DNA of 64,000 nucleotides from Giardia intestinalis (Eukaryota): NCBI GenBank assembly GCA_000002435.2, contig CM018793.1; one strand, 5' to 3'. Shown piece by piece: positions 12,001 to 23,562 of this stretch (position 1 is its first letter; each line of letters starts with the position of its first letter). The notes under the pieces were generated by a model. It saw only the letters and a program-made list of their open reading frames with translations, ran no database searches and was not told where the DNA came from. The position numbers and the translations under genes were made by a program.

Positions 12001-15000
12001 NNNNNNNNNNNNNNNNNNNNNNNNNNNNNNNNNNNNNNNNNNNNNNNNNNNNNNNNNNNNNNNNNNNNNNNNNNNNNNNNNNNNNNNNNNNNNNNNNNNN
12101 NNNNNNNNNNNNNNNNNNNNNNNNNNNNNNNNNNNNNNNNNNNNNNNNNNNNNNNNNNNNNNNNNNNNNNNNNNNNNNNNNNNNNNNNNNNNNNNNNNNN
12201 NNNNNNNNNNNNNNNNNNNNNNNNNNNNNNNNNNNNNNNNNNNNNNNNNNNNNNNNNNNNNNNNNNNNNNNNNNNNNNNNNNNNNNNNNNNNNNNNNNNN
12301 NNNNNNNNNNNNNNNNNNNNNNNNNNNNNNNNNNNNNNNNNNNNNNNNNNNNNNNNNNNNNNNNNNNNNNNNNNNNNNNNNNNNNNNNNNNNNNNNNNNN
12401 NNNNNNNNNNNNNNNNNNNNNNNNNNNNNNNNNNNNNNNNNNNNNNNNNNNNNNNNNNNNNNNNNNNNNNNNNNNNNNNNNNNNNNNNNNNNNNNNNNNN
12501 NNNNNNNNNNNNNNNNNNNNNNNNNNNNNNNNNNNNNNNNNNNNNNNNNNNNNNNNNNNNNNNNNNNNNNNNNNNNNNNNNNNNNNNNNNNNNNNNNNNN
12601 NNNNNNNNNNNNNNNNNNNNNNNNNNNNNNNNNNNNNNNNNNNNNNNNNNNNNNNNNNNNNNNNNNNNNNNNNNNNNNNNNNNNNNNNNNNNNNNNNNNN
12701 NNNNNNNNNNNNNNNNNNNNNNNNNNNNNNNNNNNNNNNNNNNNNNNNNNNNNNNNNNNNNNNNNNNNNNNNNNNNNNNNNNNNNNNNNNNNNNNNNNNN
12801 NNNNNNNNNNNNNNNNNNNNNNNNNNNNNNNNNNNNNNNNNNNNNNNNNNNNNNNNNNNNNNNNNNNNNNNNNNNNNNNNNNNNNNNNNNNNNNNNNNNN
12901 NNNNNNNNNNNNNNNNNNNNNNNNNNNNNNNNNNNNNNNNNNNNNNNNNNNNNNNNNNNNNNNNNNNNNNNNNNNNNNNNNNNNNNNNNNNNNNNNNNNN
13001 NNNNNNNNNNNNNNNNNNNNNNNNNNNNNNNNNNNNNNNNNNNNNNNNNNNNNNNNNNNNNNNNNNNNNNNNNNNNNNNNNNNNNNNNNNNNNNNNNNNN
13101 NNNNNNNNNNNNNNNNNNNNNNNNNNNNNNNNNNNNNNNNNNNNNNNNNNNNNNNNNNNNNNNNNNNNNNNNNNNNNNNNNNNNNNNNNNNNNNNNNNNN
13201 NNNNNNNNNNNNNNNNNNNNNNNNNNNNNNNNNNNNNNNNNNNNNNNNNNNNNNNNNNNNNNNNNNNNNNNNNNNNNNNNNNNNNNNNNNNNNNNNNNNN
13301 NNNNNNNNNNNNNNNNNNNNNNNNNNNNNNNNNNNNNNNNNNNNNNNNNNNNNNNNNNNNNNNNNNNNNNNNNNNNNNNNNNNNNNNNNNNNNNNNNNNN
13401 NNNNNNNNNNNNNNNNNNNNNNNNNNNNNNNNNNNNNNNNNNNNNNNNNNNNNNNNNNNNNNNNNNNNNNNNNNNNNNNNNNNNNNNNNNNNNNNNNNNN
13501 NNNNNNNNNNNNNNNNNNNNNNNNNNNNNNNNNNNNNNNNNNNNNNNNNNNNNNNNNNNNNNNNNNNNNNNNNNNNNNNNNNNNNNNNNNNNNNNNNNNN
13601 NNNNNNNNNNNNNNNNNNNNNNNNNNNNNNNNNNNNNNNNNNNNNNNNNNNNNNNNNNNNNNNNNNNNNNNNNNNNNNNNNNNNNNNNNNNNNNNNNNNN
13701 NNNNNNNNNNNNNNNNNNNNNNNNNNNNNNNNNNNNNNNNNNNNNNNNNNNNNNNNNNNNNNNNNNNNNNNNNNNNNNNNNNNNNNNNNNNNNNNNNNNN
13801 NNNNNNNNNNNNNNNNNNNNNNNNNNNNNNNNNNNNNNNNNNNNNNNNNNNNNNNNNNNNNNNNNNNNNNNNNNNNNNNNNNNNNNNNNNNNNNNNNNNN
13901 NNNNNNNNNNNNNNNNNNNNNNNNNNNNNNNNNNNNNNNNNNNNNNNNNNNNNNNNNNNNNNNNNNNNNNNNNNNNNNNNNNNNNNNNNNNNNNNNNNNN
14001 NNNNNNNNNNNNNNNNNNNNNNNNNNNNNNNNNNNNNNNNNNNNNNNNNNNNNNNNNNNNNNNNNNNNNNNNNNNNNNNNNNNNNNNNNNNNNNNNNNNN
14101 NNNNNNNNNNNNNNNNNNNNNNNNNNNNNNNNNNNNNNNNNNNNNNNNNNNNNNNNNNNNNNNNNNNNNNNNNNNNNNNNNNNNNNNNNNNNNNNNNNNN
14201 NNNNNNNNNNNNNNNNNNNNNNNNNNNNNNNNNNNNNNNNNNNNNNNNNNNNNNNNNNNNNNNNNNNNNNNNNNNNNNNNNNNNNNNNNNNNNNNNNNNN
14301 NNNNNNNNNNNNNNNNNNNNNNNNNNNNNNNNNNNNNNNNNNNNNNNNNNNNNNNNNNNNNNNNNNNNNNNNNNNNNNNNNNNNNNNNNNNNNNNNNNNN
14401 NNNNNNNNNNNNNNNNNNNNNNNNNNNNNNNNNNNNNNNNNNNNNNNNNNNNNNNNNNNNNNNNNNNNNNNNNNNNNNNNNNNNNNNNNNNNNNNNNNNN
14501 NNNNNNNNNNNNNNNNNNNNNNNNNNNNNNNNNNNNNNNNNNNNNNNNNNNNNNNNNNNNNNNNNNNNNNNNNNNNNNNNNNNNNNNNNNNNNNNNNNNN
14601 NNNNNNNNNNNNNNNNNNNNNNNNNNNNNNNNNNNNNNNNNNNNNNNNNNNNNNNNNNNNNNNNNNNNNNNNNNNNNNNNNNNNNNNNNNNNNNNNNNNN
14701 NNNNNNNNNNNNNNNNNNNNNNNNNNNNNNNNNNNNNNNNNNNNNNNNNNNNNNNNNNNNNNNNNNNNNNNNNNNNNNNNNNNNNNNNNNNNNNNNNNNN
14801 NNNNNNNNNNNNNNNNNNNNNNNNNNNNNNNNNNNNNNNNNNNNNNNNNNNNNNNNNNNNNNNNNNNNNNNNNNNNNNNNNNNNNNNNNNNNNNNNNNNN
14901 NNNNNNNNNNNNNNNNNNNNNNNNNNNNNNNNNNNNNNNNNNNNNNNNNNNNNNNNNNNNNNNNNNNNNNNNNNNNNNNNNNNNNNNNNNNNNNNNNNNN

Positions 15001-18000
15001 NNNNNNNNNNNNNNNNNNNNNNNNNNNNNNNNNNNNNNNNNNNNNNNNNNNNNNNNNNNNNNNNNNNNNNNNNNNNNNNNNNNNNNNNNNNNNNNNNNNN
15101 NNNNNNNNNNNNNNNNNNNNNNNNNNNNNNNNNNNNNNNNNNNNNNNNNNNNNNNNNNNNNNNNNNNNNNNNNNNNNNNNNNNNNNNNNNNNNNNNNNNN
15201 NNNNNNNNNNNNNNNNNNNNNNNNNNNNNNNNNNNNNNNNNNNNNNNNNNNNNNNNNNNNNNNNNNNNNNNNNNNNNNNNNNNNNNNNNNNNNNNNNNNN
15301 NNNNNNNNNNNNNNNNNNNNNNNNNNNNNNNNNNNNNNNNNNNNNNNNNNNNNNNNNNNNNNNNNNNNNNNNNNNNNNNNNNNNNNNNNNNNNNNNNNNN
15401 NNNNNNNNNNNNNNNNNNNNNNNNNNNNNNNNNNNNNNNNNNNNNNNNNNNNNNNNNNNNNNNNNNNNNNNNNNNNNNNNNNNNNNNNNNNNNNNNNNNN
15501 NNNNNNNNNNNNNNNNNNNNNNNNNNNNNNNNNNNNNNNNNNNNNNNNNNNNNNNNNNNNNNNNNNNNNNNNNNNNNNNNNNNNNNNNNNNNNNNNNNNN
15601 NNNNNNNNNNNNNNNNNNNNNNNNNNNNNNNNNNNNNNNNNNNNNNNNNNNNNNNNNNNNNNNNNNNNNNNNNNNNNNNNNNNNNNNNNNNNNNNNNNNN
15701 NNNNNNNNNNNNNNNNNNNNNNNNNNNNNNNNNNNNNNNNNNNNNNNNNNNNNNNNNNNNNNNNNNNNNNNNNNNNNNNNNNNNNNNNNNNNNNNNNNNN
15801 NNNNNNNNNNNNNNNNNNNNNNNNNNNNNNNNNNNNNNNNNNNNNNNNNNNNNNNNNNNNNNNNNNNNNNNNNNNNNNNNNNNNNNNNNNNNNNNNNNNN
15901 NNNNNNNNNNNNNNNNNNNNNNNNNNNNNNNNNNNNNNNNNNNNNNNNNNNNNNNNNNNNNNNNNNNNNNNNNNNNNNNNNNNNNNNNNNNNNNNNNNNN
16001 NNNNNNNNNNNNNNNNNNNNNNNNNNNNNNNNNNNNNNNNNNNNNNNNNNNNNNNNNNNNNNNNNNNNNNNNNNNNNNNNNNNNNNNNNNNNNNNNNNNN
16101 NNNNNNNNNNNNNNNNNNNNNNNNNNNNNNNNNNNNNNNNNNNNNNNNNNNNNNNNNNNNNNNNNNNNNNNNNNNNNNNNNNNNNNNNNNNNNNNNNNNN
16201 NNNNNNNNNNNNNNNNNNNNNNNNNNNNNNNNNNNNNNNNNNNNNNNNNNNNNNNNNNNNNNNNNNNNNNNNNNNNNNNNNNNNNNNNNNNNNNNNNNNN
16301 NNNNNNNNNNNNNNNNNNNNNNNNNNNNNNNNNNNNNNNNNNNNNNNNNNNNNNNNNNNNNNNNNNNNNNNNNNNNNNNNNNNNNNNNNNNNNNNNNNNN
16401 NNNNNNNNNNNNNNNNNNNNNNNNNNNNNNNNNNNNNNNNNNNNNNNNNNNNNNNNNNNNNNNNNNNNNNNNNNNNNNNNNNNNNNNNNNNNNNNNNNNN
16501 NNNNNNNNNNNNNNNNNNNNNNNNNNNNNNNNNNNNNNNNNNNNNNNNNNNNNNNNNNNNNNNNNNNNNNNNNNNNNNNNNNNNNNNNNNNNNNNNNNNN
16601 NNNNNNNNNNNNNNNNNNNNNNNNNNNNNNNNNNNNNNNNNNNNNNNNNNNNNNNNNNNNNNNNNNNNNNNNNNNNNNNNNNNNNNNNNNNNNNNNNNNN
16701 NNNNNNNNNNNNNNNNNNNNNNNNNNNNNNNNNNNNNNNNNNNNNNNNNNNNNNNNNNNNNNNNNNNNNNNNNNNNNNNNNNNNNNNNNNNNNNNNNNNN
16801 NNNNNNNNNNNNNNNNNNNNNNNNNNNNNNNNNNNNNNNNNNNNNNNNNNNNNNNNNNNNNNNNNNNNNNNNNNNNNNNNNNNNNNNNNNNNNNNNNNNN
16901 NNNNNNNNNNNNNNNNNNNNNNNNNNNNNNNNNNNNNNNNNNNNNNNNNNNNNNNNNNNNNNNNNNNNNNNNNNNNNNNNNNNNNNNNNNNNNNNNNNNN
17001 NNNNNNNNNNNNNNNNNNNNNNNNNNNNNNNNNNNNNNNNNNNNNNNNNNNNNNNNNNNNNNNNNNNNNNNNNNNNNNNNNNNNNNNNNNNNNNNNNNNN
17101 NNNNNNNNNNNNNNNNNNNNNNNNNNNNNNNNNNNNNNNNNNNNNNNNNNNNNNNNNNNNNNNNNNNNNNNNNNNNNNNNNNNNNNNNNNNNNNNNNNNN
17201 NNNNNNNNNNNNNNNNNNNNNNNNNNNNNNNNNNNNNNNNNNNNNNNNNNNNNNNNNNNNNNNNNNNNNNNNNNNNNNNNNNNNNNNNNNNNNNNNNNNN
17301 NNNNNNNNNNNNNNNNNNNNNNNNNNNNNNNNNNNNNNNNNNNNNNNNNNNNNNNNNNNNNNNNNNNNNNNNNNNNNNNNNNNNNNNNNNNNNNNNNNNN
17401 NNNNNNNNNNNNNNNNNNNNNNNNNNNNNNNNNNNNNNNNNNNNNNNNNNNNNNNNNNNNNNNNNNNNNNNNNNNNNNNNNNNNNNNNNNNNNNNNNNNN
17501 NNNNNNNNNNNNNNNNNNNNNNNNNNNNNNNNNNNNNNNNNNNNNNNNNNNNNNNNNNNNNNNNNNNNNNNNNNNNNNNNNNNNNNNNNNNNNNNNNNNN
17601 NNNNNNNNNNNNNNNNNNNNNNNNNNNNNNNNNNNNNNNNNNNNNNNNNNNNNNNNNNNNNNNNNNNNNNNNNNNNNNNNNNNNNNNNNNNNNNNNNNNN
17701 NNNNNNNNNNNNNNNNNNNNNNNNNNNNNNNNNNNNNNNNNNNNNNNNNNNNNNNNNNNNNNNNNNNNNNNNNNNNNNNNNNNNNNNNNNNNNNNNNNNN
17801 NNNNNNNNNNNNNNNNNNNNNNNNNNNNNNNNNNNNNNNNNNNNNNNNNNNNNNNNNNNNNNNNNNNNNNNNNNNNNNNNNNNNNNNNNNNNNNNNNNNN
17901 NNNNNNNNNNNNNNNNNNNNNNNNNNNNNNNNNNNNNNNNNNNNNNNNNNNNNNNNNNNNNNNNNNNNNNNNNNNNNNNNNNNNNNNNNNNNNNNNNNNN

Positions 18001-19832
18001 NNNNNNNNNNNNNNNNNNNNNNNNNNNNNNNNNNNNNNNNNNNNNNNNNNNNNNNNNNNNNNNNNNNNNNNNNNNNNNNNNNNNNNNNNNNNNNNNNNNN
18101 NNNNNNNNNNNNNNNNNNNNNNNNNNNNNNNNNNNNNNNNNNNNNNNNNNNNNNNNNNNNNNNNNNNNNNNNNNNNNNNNNNNNNNNNNNNNNNNNNNNN
18201 NNNNNNNNNNNNNNNNNNNNNNNNNNNNNNNNNNNNNNNNNNNNNNNNNNNNNNNNNNNNNNNNNNNNNNNNNNNNNNNNNNNNNNNNNNNNNNNNNNNN
18301 NNNNNNNNNNNNNNNNNNNNNNNNNNNNNNNNNNNNNNNNNNNNNNNNNNNNNNNNNNNNNNNNNNNNNNNNNNNNNNNNNNNNNNNNNNNNNNNNNNNN
18401 NNNNNNNNNNNNNNNNNNNNNNNNNNNNNNNNNNNNNNNNNNNNNNNNNNNNNNNNNNNNNNNNNNNNNNNNNNNNNNNNNNNNNNNNNNNNNNNNNNNN
18501 NNNNNNNNNNNNNNNNNNNNNNNNNNNNNNNNNNNNNNNNNNNNNNNNNNNNNNNNNNNNNNNNNNNNNNNNNNNNNNNNNNNNNNNNNNNNNNNNNNNN
18601 NNNNNNNNNNNNNNNNNNNNNNNNNNNNNNNNNNNNNNNNNNNNNNNNNNNNNNNNNNNNNNNNNNNNNNNNNNNNNNNNNNNNNNNNNNNNNNNNNNNN
18701 NNNNNNNNNNNNNNNNNNNNNNNNNNNNNNNNNNNNNNNNNNNNNNNNNNNNNNNNNNNNNNNNNNNNNNNNNNNNNNNNNNNNNNNNNNNNNNNNNNNN
18801 NNNNNNNNNNNNNNNNNNNNNNNNNNNNNNNNNNNNNNNNNNNNNNNNNNNNNNNNNNNNNNNNNNNNNNNNNNNNNNNNNNNNNNNNNNNNNNNNNNNN
18901 NNNNNNNNNNNNNNNNNNNNNNNNNNNNNNNNNNNNNNNNNNNNNNNNNNNNNNNNNNNNNNNNNNNNNNNNNNNNNNNNNNNNNNNNNNNNNNNNNNNN
19001 NNNNNNNNNNNNNNNNNNNNNNNNNNNNNNNNNNNNNNNNNNNNNNNNNNNNNNNNNNNNNNNNNNNNNNNNNNNNNNNNNNNNNNNNNNNNNNNNNNNN
19101 NNNNNNNNNNNNNNNNNNNNNNNNNNNNNNNNNNNNNNNNNNNNNNNNNNNNNNNNNNNNNNNNNNNNNNNNNNNNNNNNNNNNNNNNNNNNNNNNNNNN
19201 NNNNNNNNNNNNNNNNNNNNNNNNNNNNNNNNNNNNNNNNNNNNNNNNNNNNNNNNNNNNNNNNNNNNNNNNNNNNNNNNNNNNNNNNNNNNNNNNNNNN
19301 NNNNNNNNNNNNNNNNNNNNNNNNNNNNNNNNNNNNNNNNNNNNNNNNNNNNNNNNNNNNNNNNNNNNNNNNNNNNNNNNNNNNNNNNNNNNNNNNNNNN
19401 NNNNNNNNNNNNNNNNNNNNNNNNNNNNNNNNNNNNNNNNNNNNNNNNNNNNNNNNNNNNNNNNNNNNNNNNNNNNNNNNNNNNNNNNNNNNNNNNNNNN
19501 NNNNNNNNNNNNNNNNNNNNNNNNNNNNNNNNNNNNNNNNNNNNNNNNNNNNNNNNNNNNNNNNNNNNNNNNNNNNNNNNNNNNNNNNNNNNNNNNNNNN
19601 NNNNNNNNNNNNNNNNNNNNNNNNNNNNNNNNNNNNNNNNNNNNNNNNNNNNNNNNNNNNNNNNNNNNNNNNNNNNNNNNNNNNNNNNNNNNNNNNNNNN
19701 NNNNNNNNNNNNNNNNNNNNNNNNNNNNNNNNNNNNNNNNNNNNNNNNNNNNNNNNNNNNNNNNNNNNNNNNNNNNNNNNNNNNNNNNNNNNNNNNNNNN
19801 NNNNNNNNNNNNNNNNNNNNNNNNNNNNNNNN
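1..19832. other. Assembly gap (run of N)
   Basis: 19,832 consecutive n characters. The flanking sequence is a repetitive VSP array, consistent with a repeat-induced scaffold gap. Confidence 0.99.
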
Positions 19833-21193
19833 CTGCTGGGGCTGTACATGAGCAGCCATTACCCCCAATATGCCTTAGCGGTACCTTGAGGATCTACTAG
19901 TGTGCCTAGGGGGTTACTACATGCCACACGACGCTGCTGAGCATTGGATGCCCCTGGTACCAGGAAGTACTTATTATTCTCATTAACAGCGGTACAGACA
20001 CCGTTGGCTGCTGTCTTGCACATGATTCCGGTGATTGACACTATACAACCACCCATTAATGAAGTATCCGTAGTACAGATGTACATAATGGTTATTCACA
20101 GTATTACTTTGACCCACTCACAACACACTCCATCATTGGTATCATATTTGTCTCTCCACAGTAGAACAGTAGTGCTTTGTGGTGCCCTGATCATCATTAT
20201 CATGGCATCACAAGCACCAGAGGTACCCCCCAGGCAGTATCATCCTCACATTTTGTACATGTAACAGGACTGGTACCCTCTGCTTGATAGTTCCTTACAG
20301 CAGTACACTTGAAAGTACTGGCCTCCATTTGCACTTAGCACCCCTCGATGCCCCCATTGTTTGTGTCACTACAGAGAGCACTTCTCCGGGTCTATGACCT
20401 CACAGGAAGAACCCTGCCTTAGGCAGGCATTTCCTCAGCAGTTTGTCTAGCATGTGGCACAGTTGCCCGTGACAGGGGGTGCATGTTACTGACCACTCCG
20501 TACTTTGTATCCCTCCAGGCATTCTTGCAATTGGTTGCACTTCTGCTCTTTAGCAAGCTTCAGCCGCAATGCCTTTGTTCTTTGGTTCTGAATCCGACGC
20601 TGCGGGATCACTGCACAAACGACACACGTTGTCTTCGGTCATAAAGAGACCGTTATCAGCTCCTTGACACCCGGCGTGTTCTTGTCACACGAGGTCGAGG
20701 TTCCATCAAGGTCGTCTCGGGTCTTACTGTATCACAAGCTGTGCACTTCGGCTTCTTGGTAGTCGAATCAACTTCACACTGGGTACATGCTGATCTATCG
20801 TGTTGCAGTCCCTACAAGTTCCGACTCTGGGTCAGCATAAGTGTTTCCAGTGCACTCATTACTATTCACGCATGCATTATCCTTCAGGAACGTATTTCCT
20901 TACAAGAGGTACACTGGGTCGCCGACGTCTCACAGGTCAGGCAAGAGTCCTTGCACTTCTCACATGCGCCGTAACTATTTGAAGTACCCTCTTGCATGCA
21001 GTACACGTGGCAGCCCTGTTACTGTCTGGCGCGTGCATGTGGCGCAGTCTCCACTCCTTAATCCATTCGCTCCTGTGGCATCATGACAGAGTATGCACTC
21101 CCCACCAGGGGTCACCTTGTCTGCCCATTCTGGAATATGTACTGACTTCTGTTTACAAGCAGTGCACAGTCCTCCCTCAGCCTTTGTGCATAT
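19833..21193 (-). pseudogene. VSP pseudogene (array unit 5), decayed, C-terminus runs into the gap
   Basis: The minus-strand fragment 19859..20086 translates to ...MGGC..MCKTAANGVCTAVNENNKYFLVPGASNAQQ..LGTLV...AKAY. This is colinear with the ...NNYFLYMGGCY..MCKTAANGVCTAVNANNRYF.. region of the 618-aa VSP. The region 20087..21180 keeps nucleotide similarity to VSP bodies, e.g. cagtacacttgaaagtactg against cagtgcacttgaaagcaccg. It has stop codons in all three minus frames, with no minus ORF longer than 60 aa. Its 5' end carries the junction motif ATATGCACAAAGGCTGAGGGAGG. Confidence 0.7.
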
Positions 21194-21254
21194 CTCACTC
21201 CACTATCATACTATCACCCTCTATCACACCATTGTACAGCATTCACTACCCAAG
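21194..21254 (-). repeat. VSP inter-unit junction element J1 (poly(A) signal, TGTACAATGG, three GTGATAG-like heptamers)
   Basis: Plus strand reads cactatcatactatcaccctctatcacaccattgtacagcattcactaccc. This is homologous to the junctions at 23502..23562, 25420..25494 and 28570..28638. Confidence 0.8.
21241..21247 (-). terminator. Giardia poly(A) signal AGTGAAT (AGTRAAY consensus) after the VSP tail remnant
   Basis: The reverse complement of attcact is AGTGAAT, lying 7 nt 3' of the (frameshifted) CRG..A stop at 21255..21257. Confidence 0.6.
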
Positions 21255-23501
21255 TCACGCCTTCCCCTGCACACGAACCACCAGCAGAGGAAGCCCACGA
21301 GGCCCCCACGACGAGCGACCACAGCCACGAGACCCCACGCGATGGAGACCCGCATTGGAGAGCCCGCCCCTGGTGTGGTACTTCATAGACACACAGGAGG
21401 TCCCACTGCTGTCTAGACTGTACTCCCCAATACGATACCACTTACCGCCTACACTTCAACGCTCATCTCGAACCACACAAGCATACTTGATTCGCTCCGA
21501 TCGCCCTAGCGACGAAGACGGACCTTCTAATCGTCGATACAACACCCTAACACACCTCGTTGTTACTTGACCTCAATACGTGTCACATACATACAGGTGA
21601 CAATGATCGCAGGCACAAGATGCATAGCCCGACCCCTGCACTTCAGAATGCATATGCGGGGTCCCCCGCCAAACATGACGGCGCCACTCCCACCACAGCT
21701 GCTGCAGAAACATATATAATCTCGATAGATAAGGGCTATCAAACCTGAGACGTCGGAGAGTCCGCAATCGGAAGAAAGAACGGAAGGCCTGACGCGTAAG
21801 AGTAGCAAATGCGCATCAATCCGTGAGAGAACCTTCGTGCGCGCCACGAGAAGCCCAGTAGAGCTCTTACAATAGCCAAACGCCTCACAGGAGATGACTA
21901 TTGAACCTGATAACATAATGAGCGATTAGTGAGCACACCACAGCGGGACCATATGACGAGCCAGAACCATGACACTCAGAAAATTCAAGCAAAGTTGTTT
22001 CCTTAGTAGATAGGTGCTACTATTGTTCGTCAACCTGCAGAGTTAACACTACAGCGGTCCAGATGGATACAGCAGCCAGTTTTGAGACAGTGACAAGTGT
22101 CGTGGATCTTTCATCCGAACTTCTAGATTATCCAATATGAATGTCACTGAGTCGTCAAACCCTAACGAATAAATAACCGAACATAACTCACCTACGGGAC
22201 CAGCAATAATGCAGTGTAAGCAAACGCGCATCATCCTCTCTTCTGCTGAGCAGCAGAGTCCCCGGGAATCTTGAAGTAGCGCCCGACCGGTGTGGTGCAG
22301 AACCCACTTGGAGCCGCAGAGCACATGAGGTTGCCAGGAGCCTTCGACACATCATAGCAACCACCCATATAGAGGAAGTAGTTGTTGGTGCACCGCGTAC
22401 ATACGCCATCGGCGCAGGTATTACCTGCAAGTGCATTGGTGCACTTCCCATTAATAGGGCCATAGCCGGCGCCAACACACTTTGAACAGTAAGAGAGCAT
22501 GCTGCCGTCGTTGCCGACCACGATGGCGTCGCAGGCCCCTGCTGTCCCTCCACATGCAGTCTCATCTTCACAGGTCTTTGTACATGTGAGGTCGCTAGGT
22601 TCTCCGCTGGGTCTGTAGTTGGGCTTACATTCAGTGCATTTGAGGGACCCCACGCCGCCTGTGCACTCGGCACAGCCTGGAATCCCACTTGTCTCGTCAT
22701 CACAGAGAACGCATGTCTTAGGCGGGCCATCCTTAAGGAAGTACCCCGGCATGCATCTTGTACATGTGTTGATTTGACCCGCTGTTCCGCACTCTGCGCA
22801 GTTTCCTGTGCAGGCCTCGCAGGCGTTTCCGTTGACTTTATACCCGTCGACACAAGCCTCGCAGGTGCCTTTTGCGGTGCACAGCTTGCAGTTCTGGACT
22901 CCGCCCTTACCATTGTCGCCGCACTGCACGCACTTCGAGGCGTCGTAGAAGTGCGTCTTGCCCACTTTGCACTCGGCCTCATCAACACAGGTCGTTGTCC
23001 CATCCAGCTCGTCTCTGACCGTCTTACTACCGCAGTCGGTGCACTTCGGCTTTCCCGTGGCGTCGTCGTATGCACACGCGGTGCATCCTTGTATCTCACT
23101 GCAGGCCTTACAGGTCCAGGTCTTCTTGTCCGCATAGTTACCATTGTCACATCCACCAGCATCTACACAAGTGTTACCATCCTTCAGGTACTTCCCCTCA
23201 ACGCAGGCGGTACACTGAGTCGGAGTATCAGCTGAGCAAGCAGAGCAGCCGTCTCCGCACTTCACACATGCACTGTCCTTCGTAACGAACCCTGCTTGAC
23301 ACTCTGTACACGTGGCCGGTCCGCTAGTGCCCGTGTGGGAGCATTCTGAGCATCCAGCGACTCCCATGACCCCGTTTCTATCTGTCGTATCAGAGCACAG
23401 TATGCACTCACTACCCTTCTCTGGTGTTGCAGCCGGGTTCTTGAACAGGCCGTTATCTGCCTTACAAGCAGTGCACAGTCCTCCCTCAGCCTTTGTGCAT
23501 A
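21255..23501 (-). pseudogene. VSP pseudogene (array unit 4), no ATG, interrupted by a foreign insertion, 1-bp deletion in the CRGKA tail
   Basis: The ORF 22231..23367 (open from 23501 after an in-frame TAG) encodes a CXXC-rich VSP body, ...TKTCEDETACGGTAGACDAIVVGNDG...NNYFLYMGGCY...GDSAAQQ. It then terminates abruptly with KRG*. 21214..21441 holds the remnant of the TM/CRGKA tail. There ccttcccctgca replaces ccttccccctgca, which shifts the frame from CRGKA* to CRGRRD. Confidence 0.8.
21442..22243. other. ~0.8 kb non-VSP insertion replacing the 3' third of VSP unit 4
   Basis: Lies between the VSP body (ends GDSAAQQ at ~22250) and the VSP tail remnant (21214..21441). It has no similarity to the other array units and no ORF with coding character. 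The insertion boundary coincides with the start of a 99% identity tract to the head VSP. Confidence 0.6.
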
Positions 23502-23562
23502 TCTCACTCCACTATCATACTATCACCCTCTATCACACATTGTACAGCATTCACTACCCAAG
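23502..23562 (-). repeat. VSP inter-unit junction element J2
   Basis: Minus strand reads CRGKA* - cttgggtAGTGAATgctgtacaatgtgtgatagagggtgatagtatgatagtggagtgagATATGCACAAAGG. Confidence 0.85.
23549..23555 (-). terminator. Poly(A) signal AGTGAAT for the 618-aa VSP
   Basis: AGTGAAT lies 7 nt downstream of the TGA stop (23563..23565). Confidence 0.65.

Noticed and set aside
22049-22324. Small ORFs 22049..22324 and 29114..29326 (MLCGSKWVLHHTGRALLQDS...) repeated at two places
   Set aside because: They are the same off-frame reading of the 99%-identical VSP tract (22244..22590 and 29244..29590), not independent genes.
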